This document shows positions 29,001 to 43,240 of a DNA stretch of 64,000 nucleotides, piece after piece (position 1 is the stretch's first letter; each line of letters opens with the position of its first letter). The position numbers and the translations under genes were made by a program. This DNA is from Auanema rhodensis. Its lineage: Eukaryota; Animalia; Nematoda. The notes beneath the pieces were generated by a model. That model saw only the letters and a program-made list of their open reading frames with translations, had not been told where the DNA came from and ran no database searches. Where the stretch lies: positions 5,332,001-5,396,000 of the forward strand of contig OZ059900.1 in the NCBI GenBank assembly GCA_964057225.1, in the 5' to 3' direction.

Positions 29001-32000
29001 AAGTATCTAAAGAAAGGGATCTTGATTTGTAACTCGGTGCCCGTTAAAGATAGAAGAATACTGTACATTTTAATGAATTCTCCATGGTCATATTAGTCTT
29101 AAAACACTAACTTAATGGGTTTGATGCATGGTAACCAAGACTTCCAATTTTATGTGAACAGTTAACTATACCACCTAAGTATCCGAAGAAAGTGATCTTG
29201 ATTTGTAACTCGGTGCCCGTTAAAGATAGAAGAATACTGTACATTTTAATAAATTTTCCATGGCTATATTAGTCTAAAAACACTATCTTATTGTGTTTGA
29301 TGCATGGTAGCCAGGACTTCCAATTTTATGTGAACAGTTAACTATACCACCTAAGTATCTAAAGAAAGTGAACTTGATTTGTAACTCGGTGCCCGTTAAA
29401 GATAGAAGAATACTGTACATTTTAATGAATTCTCCATGGTCATATTAGTCTAAAAACACTAACTTAATGGGTTTGATGCATGGTAACCAAGACTTCCAAT
29501 TTTATGTGAACAGTTAACTATACCACCTAAGTATCCGAAGAAAGTGATCTTGATTTGTAACTCGGTGCCCGTTAAAGATAGAAGAATATTGTACATTTTA
29601 ATGAATTTTCCATGGCCATATTAGTCTAAAAACACTATCTTATTGTGTTTGATGCATGGTAGCCAGGACTTCCAATTTTATGTGAACAGTTAACTATACC
29701 ACCTAAGTATCTAAAGAAAGTGATCTTGATTTGTAACTCGGTGCCCGTTAAAGATAGAAGAATACTGTACATTTTAATGAATTTTCCATGGCCATATTAG
29801 TCTAAAAACACTATCTTATTGTGTTTGATGCATGGTAGCCAGGACTTCCAATTTTATGTGAACAGTTAGCTATACCACCTAAGTATCCGAAGAAAGTGAT
29901 CTTGATTTGTAACTCGGTGCCCGTTAAAGTTAGAAGAATACTGTACATTTTAATGAATTCTCCATGGCCATATTAGACTAAAAACACTATCTTATTGTGT
30001 TTGATGCATGGTAGCCAGGACTTCCAATTTTATGTGAACAGTTAACTATACCACCTAAGTATCCAAAGAAAGTGATCTTGATTTGTAACTCGGTGCCCGT
30101 TAAAGTTAGAAGAATACTGTACATTTTAATAAATACTCAATGGCCATATTAGACTAAAAACACTATCTTATTGTGTTTGATGCATGGTAGCCAGGACTTC
30201 CAATTTTATGTGAACAGTTAGCTATACCACCTAAGTATCCGAAGAAAGTGATCTTGATTTGTAACTCGGTGCCCGTTAAAGTTAGAAGAATACTGTACAT
30301 TTTAATGAATTCTCCATGGCCATATTAGACTAAAAACACTATCTTATTGTGTTTGATGCATGGTAGCCAGGACTTCCAATTTTATGTGAACAGTTAACTA
30401 TACCACCTAAGTATCCAAAGAAAGTGATCTTGATTTGTAACTCGGTGCCCGTTAAAGTTAGAAGAATACTGTACATTTTAATAAATTCTCCATGGCCATA
30501 TTAGACTAAAAACACTATCTTATTGTGTTTGATGCATGGTAGCCAGGACTTCCAATTTTATGTGAAGAGTTAACTATACCACCTAAGTATCTAAAGAAAG
30601 TGATCTTGATTTGTAACTCGGTGCCCGTTAAAGATAGAAGAATACTGTACATTTTAATAAATTCTCCATGGCCATATTAGACTAAAAACACTATCTTATT
30701 GTGTTTGATGCATGGTAGCCAGGACTTCCAATTTTATGTGAACAGTTAACTATACCACCTAAGTATCTAAAGAAAGTGATCTTGATTTGTAACTCGGTGC
30801 CCGTTAAAGATAGAAGAATACTGTACATTTTAATAAATTCTCCATGGCCATATTAGACTAAAAACACTATCTTATTGTGTTTGATGCATGGTAGCCAGGA
30901 CTTCCAATTTTATGTGAAGAGTTAACTATACCACCTAAGTATCCGAAGAAAGTGATCTTGATTTGTAACTTGGTGCCCGTTAAAGATAGAAGAATACTGT
31001 ACATTTTAATGAATTCTCCATGGTCATATTAGTCTAAAAACACTATCTTATTGTGTTTGATGCATGGTAGCCAGGACTTCCAATTTTATGTGAACAGTTA
31101 ACTATACCACCTAAGTATCTAAAGAAAGTGATCTTGATTTGTAACTCGGTGCCCGTTAAAGATAGAAAAATACTGTACATTTTAATGAATTCTCCATGGT
31201 CATATTAGTCTAAAAACACTATCTTATTGTGTTTGATGCATGGTAGCCAGGACTTCCAATTTTATGTGAACAGTTAACTATACCACCTAAGTATCCGAAG
31301 AAAGTGATCTTGATTTGTAACTTGGTGCCCGTTAAAGATAGAAGAATACTGTACATTTTAATGAATTCTCCATGGTCATATTAGTCTAAAAACACTAACT
31401 TAATGGGTTTGATGCATGGTAACCAAGACTTCCAATTTTATGTGAACAGTTAACTATACCACCTAAGTATCTAAAGAAAGTGATCTTGATTTGTAACTTG
31501 GTGCCCGTTAAAGATAGAAGAATACTGTACATTTTAATGAATTCTCCATGGTCATATTAGTCTAAAAACACTATCTTATTGTGTTTGATGCATGGTAGCC
31601 AGGACTTCCAATTTTATGTGAACAGTTAACTATACCACCTAAGTATCTAAAGAAAGTGATCTTGATTTGTAACTTGGTGCCCGTTAAAGATAGAAGAATA
31701 CTGTACATTTTAATGAATTCTCCATGGTCATATTAGTCTAAAAACACTATCTTATTGTGTTTGATGCATGGTAGCCAGGACTTCCAATTTTATGTGAACA
31801 GTTAACTATACCACCTAAGTATCCGAAGAAAGTGATCTTGATTTGTAACTCGGTGCCCGTTAAAGATAGAAGAATACTGTACATTTTAATGAATTTTCCA
31901 TGGCCATATTAGTCTAAAAACACTATCTTATTGTGTTTGATGCATGGTAGCCAGGACTTCCAATTTTATGTGAACAGTTAACTATACCACCTAAGTATCT

Positions 32001-35000
32001 AAAGAAAGTGATCTTGATTTGTAACTCGGTGCCCGTTAAAGATAGAAGAATACTGTACATTTTAATAAATTTTCCATGGCCATATTAGTCTAAAAACACT
32101 ATCTTATTGTGTTTGATGCATGGTAGCCAGGACTTCCAATTTTATGTGAACAGTTAACTATACCACCTAAGTATCTAAAGAAAGTGAACTTGATTTGTAA
32201 CTCGGTGCCCGTTAAAGATAGAAGAATACTGTACATTTTAATGAATTCTCCATGGTCATATTAGTCTAAAAACACTAACTTAATGGGTTTGATGCATGGT
32301 AACCAAGACTTCCAATTTTATGTGAACAGTTAACTATACCACCTAAGTATCCGAAGAAAGTGATCTTGATTTGTAACTCGGTGCCCGTTAAAGATAGAAG
32401 AATATTGTACATTTTAATGAATTTTCCATGGCCATATTAGTCTAAAAACACTATCTTATTGTGTTTGATGCATGATAGCCAGGACTTCCAATTTTATGTG
32501 AACAGTTAACTATACCACCTAAGTATCTAAAGAAAGTGATCTTGATTTGTAACTCGGTGCCCGTTAAAGATAGAAGAATACTGTACATTTTAATGAATTT
32601 TCCATGGCCATATTAGTCTAAAAACACTATCTTATTGTGTTTGATGCATGGTAGCCAGGACTTCCAATTTTATGTGAACAGTTAGCTATACCACCTAAGT
32701 ATCCGAAGAAAGTGATCTTGATTTGTAACTCGGTGCCCGTTAAAGGTAGAAGAATACTGTACATTTTAATGAATTCTCCATGGTCATATTAGTCTAAAAA
32801 CACTAACTTAATGGGTTTGATGCATGGTAACCAAGACTTCCAATTTTATGTGAAGAGTTAACTATACCACCTAAGTATCTAAAGAAAGTGATCTTGATTT
32901 GTAACTCGGTGCCCGTTAAAGATAGAAAAATACTGTACATTTTAATGAATTCTCCATGGTCATATTAGTCTAAAAACACTATCTTATTGTGTTTGATGCA
33001 TGGTAGCCAGGACTTCCAATTTTATGTGAAGAGTTAACTATACCACCTAAGTATCCGAAGAAAGTGATCTTGATTTGTAACTTGGTGCCCGTTAAAGATA
33101 GAAGAATACTGTACATTTTAATGAATTCTCCATGGTCATATTAGTCTAAAAACACTATCTTATTGTGTTTGATGCATGGTAGCCAGGACTTCCAATTTTA
33201 TGTGAAGAGTTAACTATACCACCTAAGTATCCGAAGAAAGTGATCTTGATTTGTAACTTGGTGCCCGTTAAAGATAGAAGAATACTGTACATTTTAATGA
33301 ATTCTCCATGGTCATATTAGTCTAAAAACACTATCTTATTGTGTTTGATGCATGGTAGCCAGGACTTCCAATTTTATGTGAAGAGTTAACTATACCACCT
33401 AAGTATCCGAAGAAAGTGATCTTGATTTGTAACTTGGTGCCCGTTAAAGATAGAAGAATACTGTACATTTTAATGAATTCTCCATGGTCATATTAGTCTA
33501 AAAACACTATCTTATTGTGTTTGATGCATGGTAGCCAGGACTTCCAATTTTATGTGAACAGTTAACTATACCACCTAAGTATCTAAAGAAAGTGATCTTG
33601 ATTTGTAACTCGGTGCCCGTTAAAGATAGAAAAATACTGTACATTTTAATGAATTCTCCATGGTCATATTAGTCTAAAAACACTATCTTATTGTGTTTGA
33701 TGCATGGTAGCCAGGACTTCCAATTTTATGTGAAGAGTTAACTATACCACCTAAGTATCCGAAGAAAGTGATCTTGATTTGTAACTTGATGCCCGTTAAA
33801 GATAGAAGAATACTGTACATTTCAATAAATTCTCCATGATCATATTAGTCTAAAAACACTATCTTATTGTGTTTGATGCATGGTAGCCAGGACTTCCAAT
33901 TTTATGTGAACAGTTAACTATACCACCTAAGTATCTAAAGAAAGTGATCTTGATTTGTAACTTGGTGCCCGTTAAAGATAGAAGAATACTGTACATTTTA
34001 ATGAATTCTCCATGGTCATATTAGTCTAAAAACACTATCTTATTGTGTTTGATGCATGGTAGCCAGGACTTCCAATTTTATGTGAAGAGTTAACTATACC
34101 ACCTAAGTATCCGAAGAAAGTGATCTTGATTTGTAACTTGGTGCCCGTTAAAGATAGAAGAATACTGTACATTTTAATGAATTCTCCATGGTCATATTAG
34201 TCTAAAAACACTATCTTATTGTGTTTGATGCATGGTAGCCAGGACTTCCAATTTTATGTGAACAGTTAACTATACCACCTAAGTATCTAAAGAAAGTGAT
34301 CTTGATTTGTAACTTGGTGCCCGTTAAAGATAGAAGAATACTGTACATTTTAATGAATTCTCCATGGTCATATTAGTCTAAAAACACTATCTTATTGTGT
34401 TTGATGCATGGTAGCCAGGACTTCCAATTTTATGTGAACAGTTAACTATACCACCTAAGTATCTAAAGAAAGTGATCTTGATTTGTAACTCGGTGCCCGT
34501 TAAAGATAGAAAAATACTGTACATTTTAATGAATTCTCCATGGTCATATTAGTCTAAAAACACTATCTTATTGTGTTTGATGCATGGTAGCCAGGACTTC
34601 CAATTTTATGTGAAGAGTTAACTATACCACCTAAGTATCCGAAGAAAGTGATCTTGATTTGTAACTTGATGCCCGTTAAAGATAGAAGAATACTGTACAT
34701 TTCAATAAATTCTCCATGATCATATTAGTCTAAAAACACTATCTTATTGTGTTTGATGCATGGTAGCCAGGACTTCCAATTTTATGTGAAGAGTTAACTA
34801 TACCACCTAAGTATCCGAAGAAAGTGATCTTGATTTGTAACTTGATGCCCGTTAAAGATAGAAGAATACTGTACATTTCAATAAATTCTCCATGATCATA
34901 TTAGTCTAAAAACACTATCTTATTGTGTTTGATGCATGGTAGCCAGGACTTCCAATTTTATGTGAAGAGTTAACTATACCACCTAAGTATCCGAAGAAAG

Positions 35001-38000
35001 TGATCTTGATTTGTAACTTGATGCCTGTTAAAGATAGAAGAATACTGTACATTTCAATAAATTCTCCATGATCATATTAGTCTAAAAACACTATCTTATT
35101 GTGTTTGATGCATGGTAGCCAGGACTTCCAATTTTATGTGAAGAGTTAACTATACCACCTAAGTATCCGAAGAAAGTGATCTTGATTTGTAACTTGATGC
35201 CCGTTAAAGATAGAAGAATACTGTACATTTCAATAAATTTTCCATGATCATATTAGTCTAAAAACACTATCTTATTGTGTTTGATGCATGGTAGCCAGGA
35301 CTTCCAATTTTATGTGAAGAGTTAACTATACCACCTAAGTATCTAAAGAAAGTGATCTTGATTTGTAACTCGGTGCCCGTTAAAGATAGAAAAATACTGT
35401 ACATTTTAATGAATTCTCCATGGTCATATTAGTCTAAAAACACTATCTTATTGTGTTTGATGCATGGTAGCCAGGACTTCCAATTTTATGTGAACAGTTA
35501 ACTATACCACCTAAGTATCTAAAGAAAGTGATCTTGATTTGTAACTCGGTGCCCGTTAAAGATAGAAAAATACTGTACATTTTAATGAATTCTCCATGGT
35601 CATATTAGTCTAAAAACACTATCTTATTGTGTTTGATGCATGGTAGCCAGGACTTCCAATTTTATGTGAAGAGTTAACTATACCACCTAAGTATCCGAAG
35701 AAAGTGATCTTGATTTGTAACTTGATGCCCGTTAAAGATAGAAGAATACTGTACATTTCAATAAATTCTCCATGATCATATTAGTCTAAAAACACTATCT
35801 TATTGTGTTTGATGCATGGTAGCCAGGACTTCCAATTTTATGTGAAGAGTTAACTATACCACCTAAGTATCCGAAGAAAGTGATCTTGATTTGTAACTTG
35901 ATGCCCGTTAAAGATAGAAGAATACTGTACATTTCAATAAATTCTCCATGATCATATTAGTCTAAAAACACTATCTTATTGTGTTTGAAGCATGGTAGCC
36001 AGGACTTCCAATTTTATGTGAAGAGTTAACTATACCACCTAAGTATCCGAAGAAAGTGATCTTGATTTGTAACTTGATGCCCGTTAAAGATAGAAGAATA
36101 CTGTACATTTCAATAAATTCTCCATGATCATATTAGTCTAAAAACACTATCTTATTGTGTTTGATGCATGGTAGCCAGGACTTCCAATTTTATGTGAAGA
36201 GTTAACTATACCACCTAAGTATCCGAAGAAAGTGATCTTGATTTGTAACTTGATGCCCGTTAAAGATAGAAGAATACTGTACATTTCAATAAATTTTCCA
36301 TGATCATATTAGTCTAAAAACACTATCTTATTGTGTTTGATGCATGGTAGCCAGGACTTCCAATTTTATGTGAAGAGTTAACTATACCACCTAAGTATCT
36401 AAAGAAAGTGATCTTGATTTGTAACTCGGTGCCCGTTAAAGATAGAAAAATACTGTACATTTTAATGAATTCTCCATGGTCATATTAGTCTAAAAACACT
36501 ATCTTATTGTGTTTGATGCATGGTAGCCAGGACTTCCAATTTTATGTGAACAGTTAACTATACCACCTAAGTATCTAAAGAAAGTGATCTTGATTTGTAA
36601 CTCGGTGCCCGTTAAAGATAGAAAAATACTGTACATTTTAATGAATTCTCCATGGTCATATTAGTCTAAAAACACTATCTTATTGTGTTTGATGCATGGT
36701 AGCCAGGACTTCCAATTTTATGTGAAGAGTTAACTATACCACCTAAGTATCCGAAGAAAGTGATCTTGATTTGTAACTTGGTGCCCGTTAAAGATAGAAG
36801 AATACTGTACATTTTAATGAATTCTCCATGGTCATATTAGTCTAAAAACACTATCTTATTGTGTTTGATGCATGGTAGCCAGGACTTCCAATTTTATGTG
36901 AACAGTTAACTATACCACCTAAGTATCTAAAGAAAGTGATCTTGATTTGTAACTCGGTGCCCGTTAAAGATAGAAGAATACTGTACATTTTAATGAATTT
37001 TCCATGGCCGTATTAGTCTAAAAACACTATCTTATTGTGTCTGATGCATGGTAGCCAGGACTTCCAATTTTATGTGAACAGTTAACTATACCACCTAAGT
37101 ATCTAAAGAAAGGGATCTTGATTTGTAACTCGGTGCCCGTTAAAGATAGAAGAATACTGTACATTTTAATGAATTCTCCATGGTCATATTAGTCTAAAAA
37201 CACTAACTTAATGGGTTTGATGCATGGTAACCAAGACTTCCAATTTTATGTGAACAGTTAACTATACCACCTAAGTATCTAAAGAAAGGGATCTTGATTT
37301 GTAACTCGGTGCCCGTTAAAGATAGAAGAATACTGTACATTTTAATGAATTCTCCATGGTCATATTAGTCTTAAAACACTAACTTAATGGGTTTGATGCA
37401 TGGTAACCAAGACTTCCAATTTTATGTGAACAGTTAACTATACCACCTAAGTATCCGAAGAAAGTGATCTTGATTTGTAACTCGGTGCCCGTTAAAGATA
37501 GAAGAATACTGTACATTTTAATAAATTTTCCATGGCCATATTAGTCTAAAAACACTATCTTATTGTGTTTGATGCATGGTAGCCAGGACTTCCAATTTTA
37601 TGTGAACAGTTAACTATACCACCTAAGTATCTAAAGAAAGTGAACTTGATTTGTAACTCGGTGCCCGTTAAAGATAGAAGAATACTGTACATTTTAATGA
37701 ATTCTCCATGGTCATATTAGTCTAAAAACACTAACTTAATGGGTTTGATGCATGGTAACCAAGACTTCCAATTTTATGTGAACAGTTAACTATACCACCT
37801 AAGTATCCGAAGAAAGTGATCTTGATTTGTAACTCGGTGCCCGTTAAAGATAGAAGAATATTGTACATTTTAATGAATTTTCCATGGCCATATTAGTCTA
37901 AAAACACTATCTTATTGTGTTTGATGCATGGTAGCCAGGACTTCCAATTTTATGTGAACAGTTAACTATACCACCTAAGTATCTAAAGAAAGTGATCTTG

Positions 38001-41000
38001 ATTTGTAACTCGGTGCCCGTTAAAGATAGAAGAATACTGTACATTTTAATGAATTTTCCATGGCCATATTAGTCTAAAAACACTATCTTATTGTGTTTGA
38101 TGCATGGTAGCCAGGACTTCCAATTTTATGTGAACAGTTAGCTATACCACCTAAGTATCCGAAGAAAGTGATCTTGATTTGTAACTCGGTGCCCGTTAAA
38201 GTTAGAAGAATACTGTACATTTTAATGAATTCTCCATGGCCATATTAGACTAAAAACACTATCTTATTGTGTTTGATGCATGGTAGCCAGGACTTCCAAT
38301 TTTATGTGAACAGTTAACTATACCACCTAAGTATCCAAAGAAAGTGATCTTGATTTGTAACTCGGTGCCCGTTAAAGTTAGAAGAATACTGTACATTTTA
38401 ATAAATACTCAATGGCCATATTAGACTAAAAACACTATCTTATTGTGTTTGATGCATGGTAGCCAGGACTTCCAATTTTATGTGAACAGTTAGCTATACC
38501 ACCTAAGTATCCGAAGAAAGTGATCTTGATTTGTAACTCGGTGCCCGTTAAAGTTAGAAGAATACTGTACATTTTAATGAATTCTCCATGGCCATATTAG
38601 ACTAAAAACACTATCTTATTGTGTTTGATGCATGGTAGCCAGGACTTCCAATTTTATGTGAACAGTTAACTATACCACCTAAGTATCCAAAGAAAGTGAT
38701 CTTGATTTGTAACTCGGTGCCCGTTAAAGTTAGAAGAATACTGTACATTTTAATAAATTCTCCATGGCCATATTAGACTAAAAACACTATCTTATTGTGT
38801 TTGATGCATGGTAGCCAGGACTTCCAATTTTATGTGAAGAGTTAACTATACCACCTAAGTATCTAAAGAAAGTGATCTTGATTTGTAACTCGGTGCCCGT
38901 TAAAGATAGAAGAATACTGTACATTTTAATAAATTCTCCATGGCCATATTAGACTAAAAACACTATCTTATTGTGTTTGATGCATGGTAGCCAGGACTTC
39001 CAATTTTATGTGAACAGTTAACTATACCACCTAAGTATCTAAAGAAAGTGATCTTGATTTGTAACTCGGTGCCCGTTAAAGATAGAAGAATACTGTACAT
39101 TTTAATAAATTCTCCATGGCCATATTAGACTAAAAACACTATCTTATTGTGTTTGATGCATGGTAGCCAGGACTTCCAATTTTATGTGAACAGTTAACTA
39201 TACCACCTAAGTATCCGAAGAAAGTGATCTTGATTTGTAACTCGGTGCCCGTTAAAGATAGAAGAATACTGTACATTTTAATAAATTTTCCATGGCCATA
39301 TTAGTCTAAAAACACTATCTTATTGTGTTTGATGCATGGTAGCCAGGACTTCCAATTTTATGTGAACAGTTAACTATACCACCTAAGTATCTAAAGAAAG
39401 TGAACTTGATTTGTAACTCGGTGCCCGTTAAAGATAGAAGAATACTGTACATTTTAATGAATTCTCCATGGTCATATTAGTCTAAAAACACTAACTTAAT
39501 GGGTTTGATGCATGGTAACCAAGACTTCCAATTTTATGTGAACAGTTAACTATACCACCTAAGTATCCGAAGAAAGTGATCTTGATTTGTAACTCGGTGC
39601 CCGTTAAAGATAGAAGAATATTGTACATTTTAATGAATTTTCCATGGTCATATTAGTCTAAAAACACTAACTTAATGGGTTTGATGCATGGTAACCAAGA
39701 CTTCCAATTTTATGTGAACAGTTAACTATACCACCTAAGTATCCGAAGAAAGTGATCTTGATTTGTAACTCGGTGCCCGTTAAAGATAGAAGAATACTGT
39801 ACATTTTAATAAATTCTCCATGGCCATATTAGACTAAAAACACTATCTTATTGTGTTTGATGCATGGTAGCCAGGACTTCCAATTTTATGTGAACAGTTA
39901 ACTATACCACCTAAGTATCTAAAGAAAGTGATCTTGATTTGTAACTCGGTGCCCGTTAAAGATAGAAGAATACTGTACATTTTAATAAATTCTCCATGGC
40001 CATATTAGACTAAAAACACTATCTTATTGTGTTTGATGCATGGTAGCCAGGACTTCCAATTTTATGTGAACAGTTAACTATACCACCTAAGTATCCGAAG
40101 AAAGTGATCTTGATTTGTAACTCGGTGCCCGTTAAAGATAGAAGAATACTGTACATTTTAATAAATTTTCCATGGCCATATTAGTCTAAAAACACTATCT
40201 TATTGTGTTTGATGCATGGTAGCCAGGACTTCCAATTTTATGTGAACAGTTAACTATACCACCTAAGTATCTAAAGAAAGTGAACTTGATTTGTAACTCG
40301 GTGCCCGTTAAAGATAGAAGAATACTGTACATTTTAATGAATTCTCCATGGTCATATTAGTCTAAAAACACTAACTTAATGGGTTTGATGCATGGTAACC
40401 AAGACTTCCAATTTTATGTGAACAGTTAACTATACCACCTAAGTATCCGAAGAAAGTGATCTTGATTTGTAACTCGGTGCCCGTTAAAGATAGAAGAATA
40501 TTGTACATTTTAATGAATTTTCCATGGCCATATTAGTCTAAAAACACTATCTTATTGTGTTTGATGCATGGTAGCCAGGACTTCCAATTTTATGTGAACA
40601 GTTAACTATACCACCTAAGTATCTAAAGAAAGTGATCTTGATTTGTAACTCGGTGCCCGTTAAAGATAGAAGAATACTGTACATTTTAATGAATTTTCCA
40701 TGGCCATATTAGTCTAAAAACACTATCTTATTGTGTTTGATGCATGGTAGCCAGGACTTCCAATTTTATGTGAACAGTTAGCTATACCACCTAAGTATCC
40801 GAAGAAAGTGATCTTGATTTGTAACTCGGTGCCCGTTAAAGTTAGAAGAATACTGTACATTTTAATGAATTCTCCATGGCCATATTAGACTAAAAACACT
40901 ATCTTATTGTGTTTGATGCATGGTAGCCAGGACTTCCAATTTTATGTGAACAGTTAACTATACCACCTAAGTATCCAAAGAAAGTGATCTTGATTTGTAA

Positions 41001-43240
41001 CTCGGTGCCCGTTAAAGTTAGAAGAATACTGTACATTTTAATAAATACTCAATGGCCATATTAGACTAAAAACACTATCTTATTGTGTTTGATGCATGGT
41101 AGCCAGGACTTCCAATTTTATGTGAACAGTTAGCTATACCACCTAAGTATCCGAAGAAAGTGATCTTGATTTGTAACTCGGTGCCCGTTAAAGTTAGAAG
41201 AATACTGTACATTTTAATGAATTCTCCATGGCCATATTAGACTAAAAACACTATCTTATTGTGTTTGATGCATGGTAGCCAGGACTTCCAATTTTATGTG
41301 AACAGTTAACTATACCACCTAAGTATCCAAAGAAAGTGATCTTGATTTGTAACTCGGTGCCCGTTAAAGTTAGAAGAATACTGTACATTTTAATAAATTC
41401 TCCATGGCCATATTAGACTAAAAACACTATCTTATTGTGTTTGATGCATGGTAGCCAGGACTTCCAATTTTATGTGAAGAGTTAACTATACCACCTAAGT
41501 ATCTAAAGAAAGTGATCTTGATTTGTAACTCGGTGCCCGTTAAAGATAGAAGAATACTGTACATTTTAATAAATTCTCCATGGCCATATTAGACTAAAAA
41601 CACTATCTTATTGTGTTTGATGCATGGTAGCCAGGACTTCCAATTTTATGTGAACAGTTAACTATACCACCTAAGTATCTAAAGAAAGTGATCTTGATTT
41701 GTAACTCGGTGCCCGTTAAAGATAGAAGAATACTGTACATTTTAATAAATTCTCCATGGCCATATTAGACTAAAAACACTATCTTATTGTGTTTGATGCA
41801 TGGTAGCCAGGACTTCCAATTTTATGTGAAGAGTTAACTATACCACCTAAGTATCCGAAGAAAGTGATCTTGATTTGTAACTTGGTGCCCGTTAAAGATA
41901 GAAGAATACTGTACATTTTAATGAATTCTCCATGGTCATATTAGTCTAAAAACACTATCTTATTGTGTTTGATGCATGGTAGCCAGGACTTCCAATTTTA
42001 TGTGAACAGTTAACTATACCACCTAAGTATCTAAAGAAAGTGATCTTGATTTGTAACTCGGTGCCCGTTAAAGATAGAAAAATACTGTACATTTTAATGA
42101 ATTCTCCATGGTCATATTAGTCTAAAAACACTATCTTATTGTGTTTGATGCATGGTAGCCAGGACTTCCAATTTTATGTGAACAGTTAACTATACCACCT
42201 AAGTATCCGAAGAAAGTGATCTTGATTTGTAACTTGGTGCCCGTTAAAGATAGAAGAATACTGTACATTTTAATGAATTCTCCATGGTCATATTAGTCTA
42301 AAAACACTAACTTAATGGGTTTGATGCATGGTAACCAAGACTTCCAATTTTATGTGAACAGTTAACTATACCACCTAAGTATCTAAAGAAAGTGATCTTG
42401 ATTTGTAACTTGGTGCCCGTTAAAGATAGAAGAATACTGTACATTTTAATGAATTCTCCATGGTCATATTAGTCTAAAAACACTATCTTATTGTGTTTGA
42501 TGCATGGTAGCCAGGACTTCCAATTTTATGTGAACAGTTAACTATACCACCTAAGTATCTAAAGAAAGTGATCTTGATTTGTAACTTGGTGCCCGTTAAA
42601 GATAGAAGAATACTGTACATTTTAATGAATTCTCCATGGTCATATTAGTCTAAAAACACTAACTTAATGGGTTTGATGCATGGTAACCAAGACTTCCAAT
42701 TTTATGTGAACAGTTAACTATACCACCTAAGTATCCGAAGAAAGTGATCTTGATTTGTAACTCGGTGCCCGTTAAAGATAGAAGAATATTGTACATTTTA
42801 ATGAATTTTCCATGGCCATATTAGTCTAAAAACACTATCTTATTGTGTTTGATGCATGATAGCCAGGACTTCCAATTTTATGTGAACAGTTAACTATACC
42901 ACCTAAGTATCTAAAGAAAGTGATCTTGATTTGTAACTCGGTGCCCGTTAAAGATAGAAGAATACTGTACATTTTAATGAATTTTCCATGGCCATATTAG
43001 TCTAAAAACACTATCTTATTGTGTTTGATGCATGGTAGCCAGGACTTCCAATTTTATGTGAACAGTTAGCTATACCACCTAAGTATCCGAAGAAAGTGAT
43101 CTTGATTTGTAACTCGGTGCCCGTTAAAGGTAGAAGAATACTGTACATTTTAATGAATTCTCCATGGTCATATTAGTCTAAAAACACTAACTTAATGGGT
43201 TTGATGCATGGTAACCAAGACTTCCAATTTTATGTGAACA
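24560..43240. repeat. Large tandem duplication: ~47-mer unit (~24560-32835) followed by an internally rearranged ~59-mer copy (~32836-43240)
   Basis: Private variants GGCCGTA (28738/37010) and AATACTCAA (30135/38407) are offset by 8272 = 47x176. GTGTCTGA and GTCTTAAAAC are also shared by the two copies. The offset later becomes 62x176 (30919/41831) and then 59x176 (CATGATAG 32475/42859). Confidence 0.8.
33735..36310. repeat. Second haplotype B block (part of the duplicated 47-mer)
   Basis: Same CTTGATGCCC / TTTCAATAAA / CATGATCA haplotype and near-identical monomer order as ~25460-27860. Confidence 0.8.
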
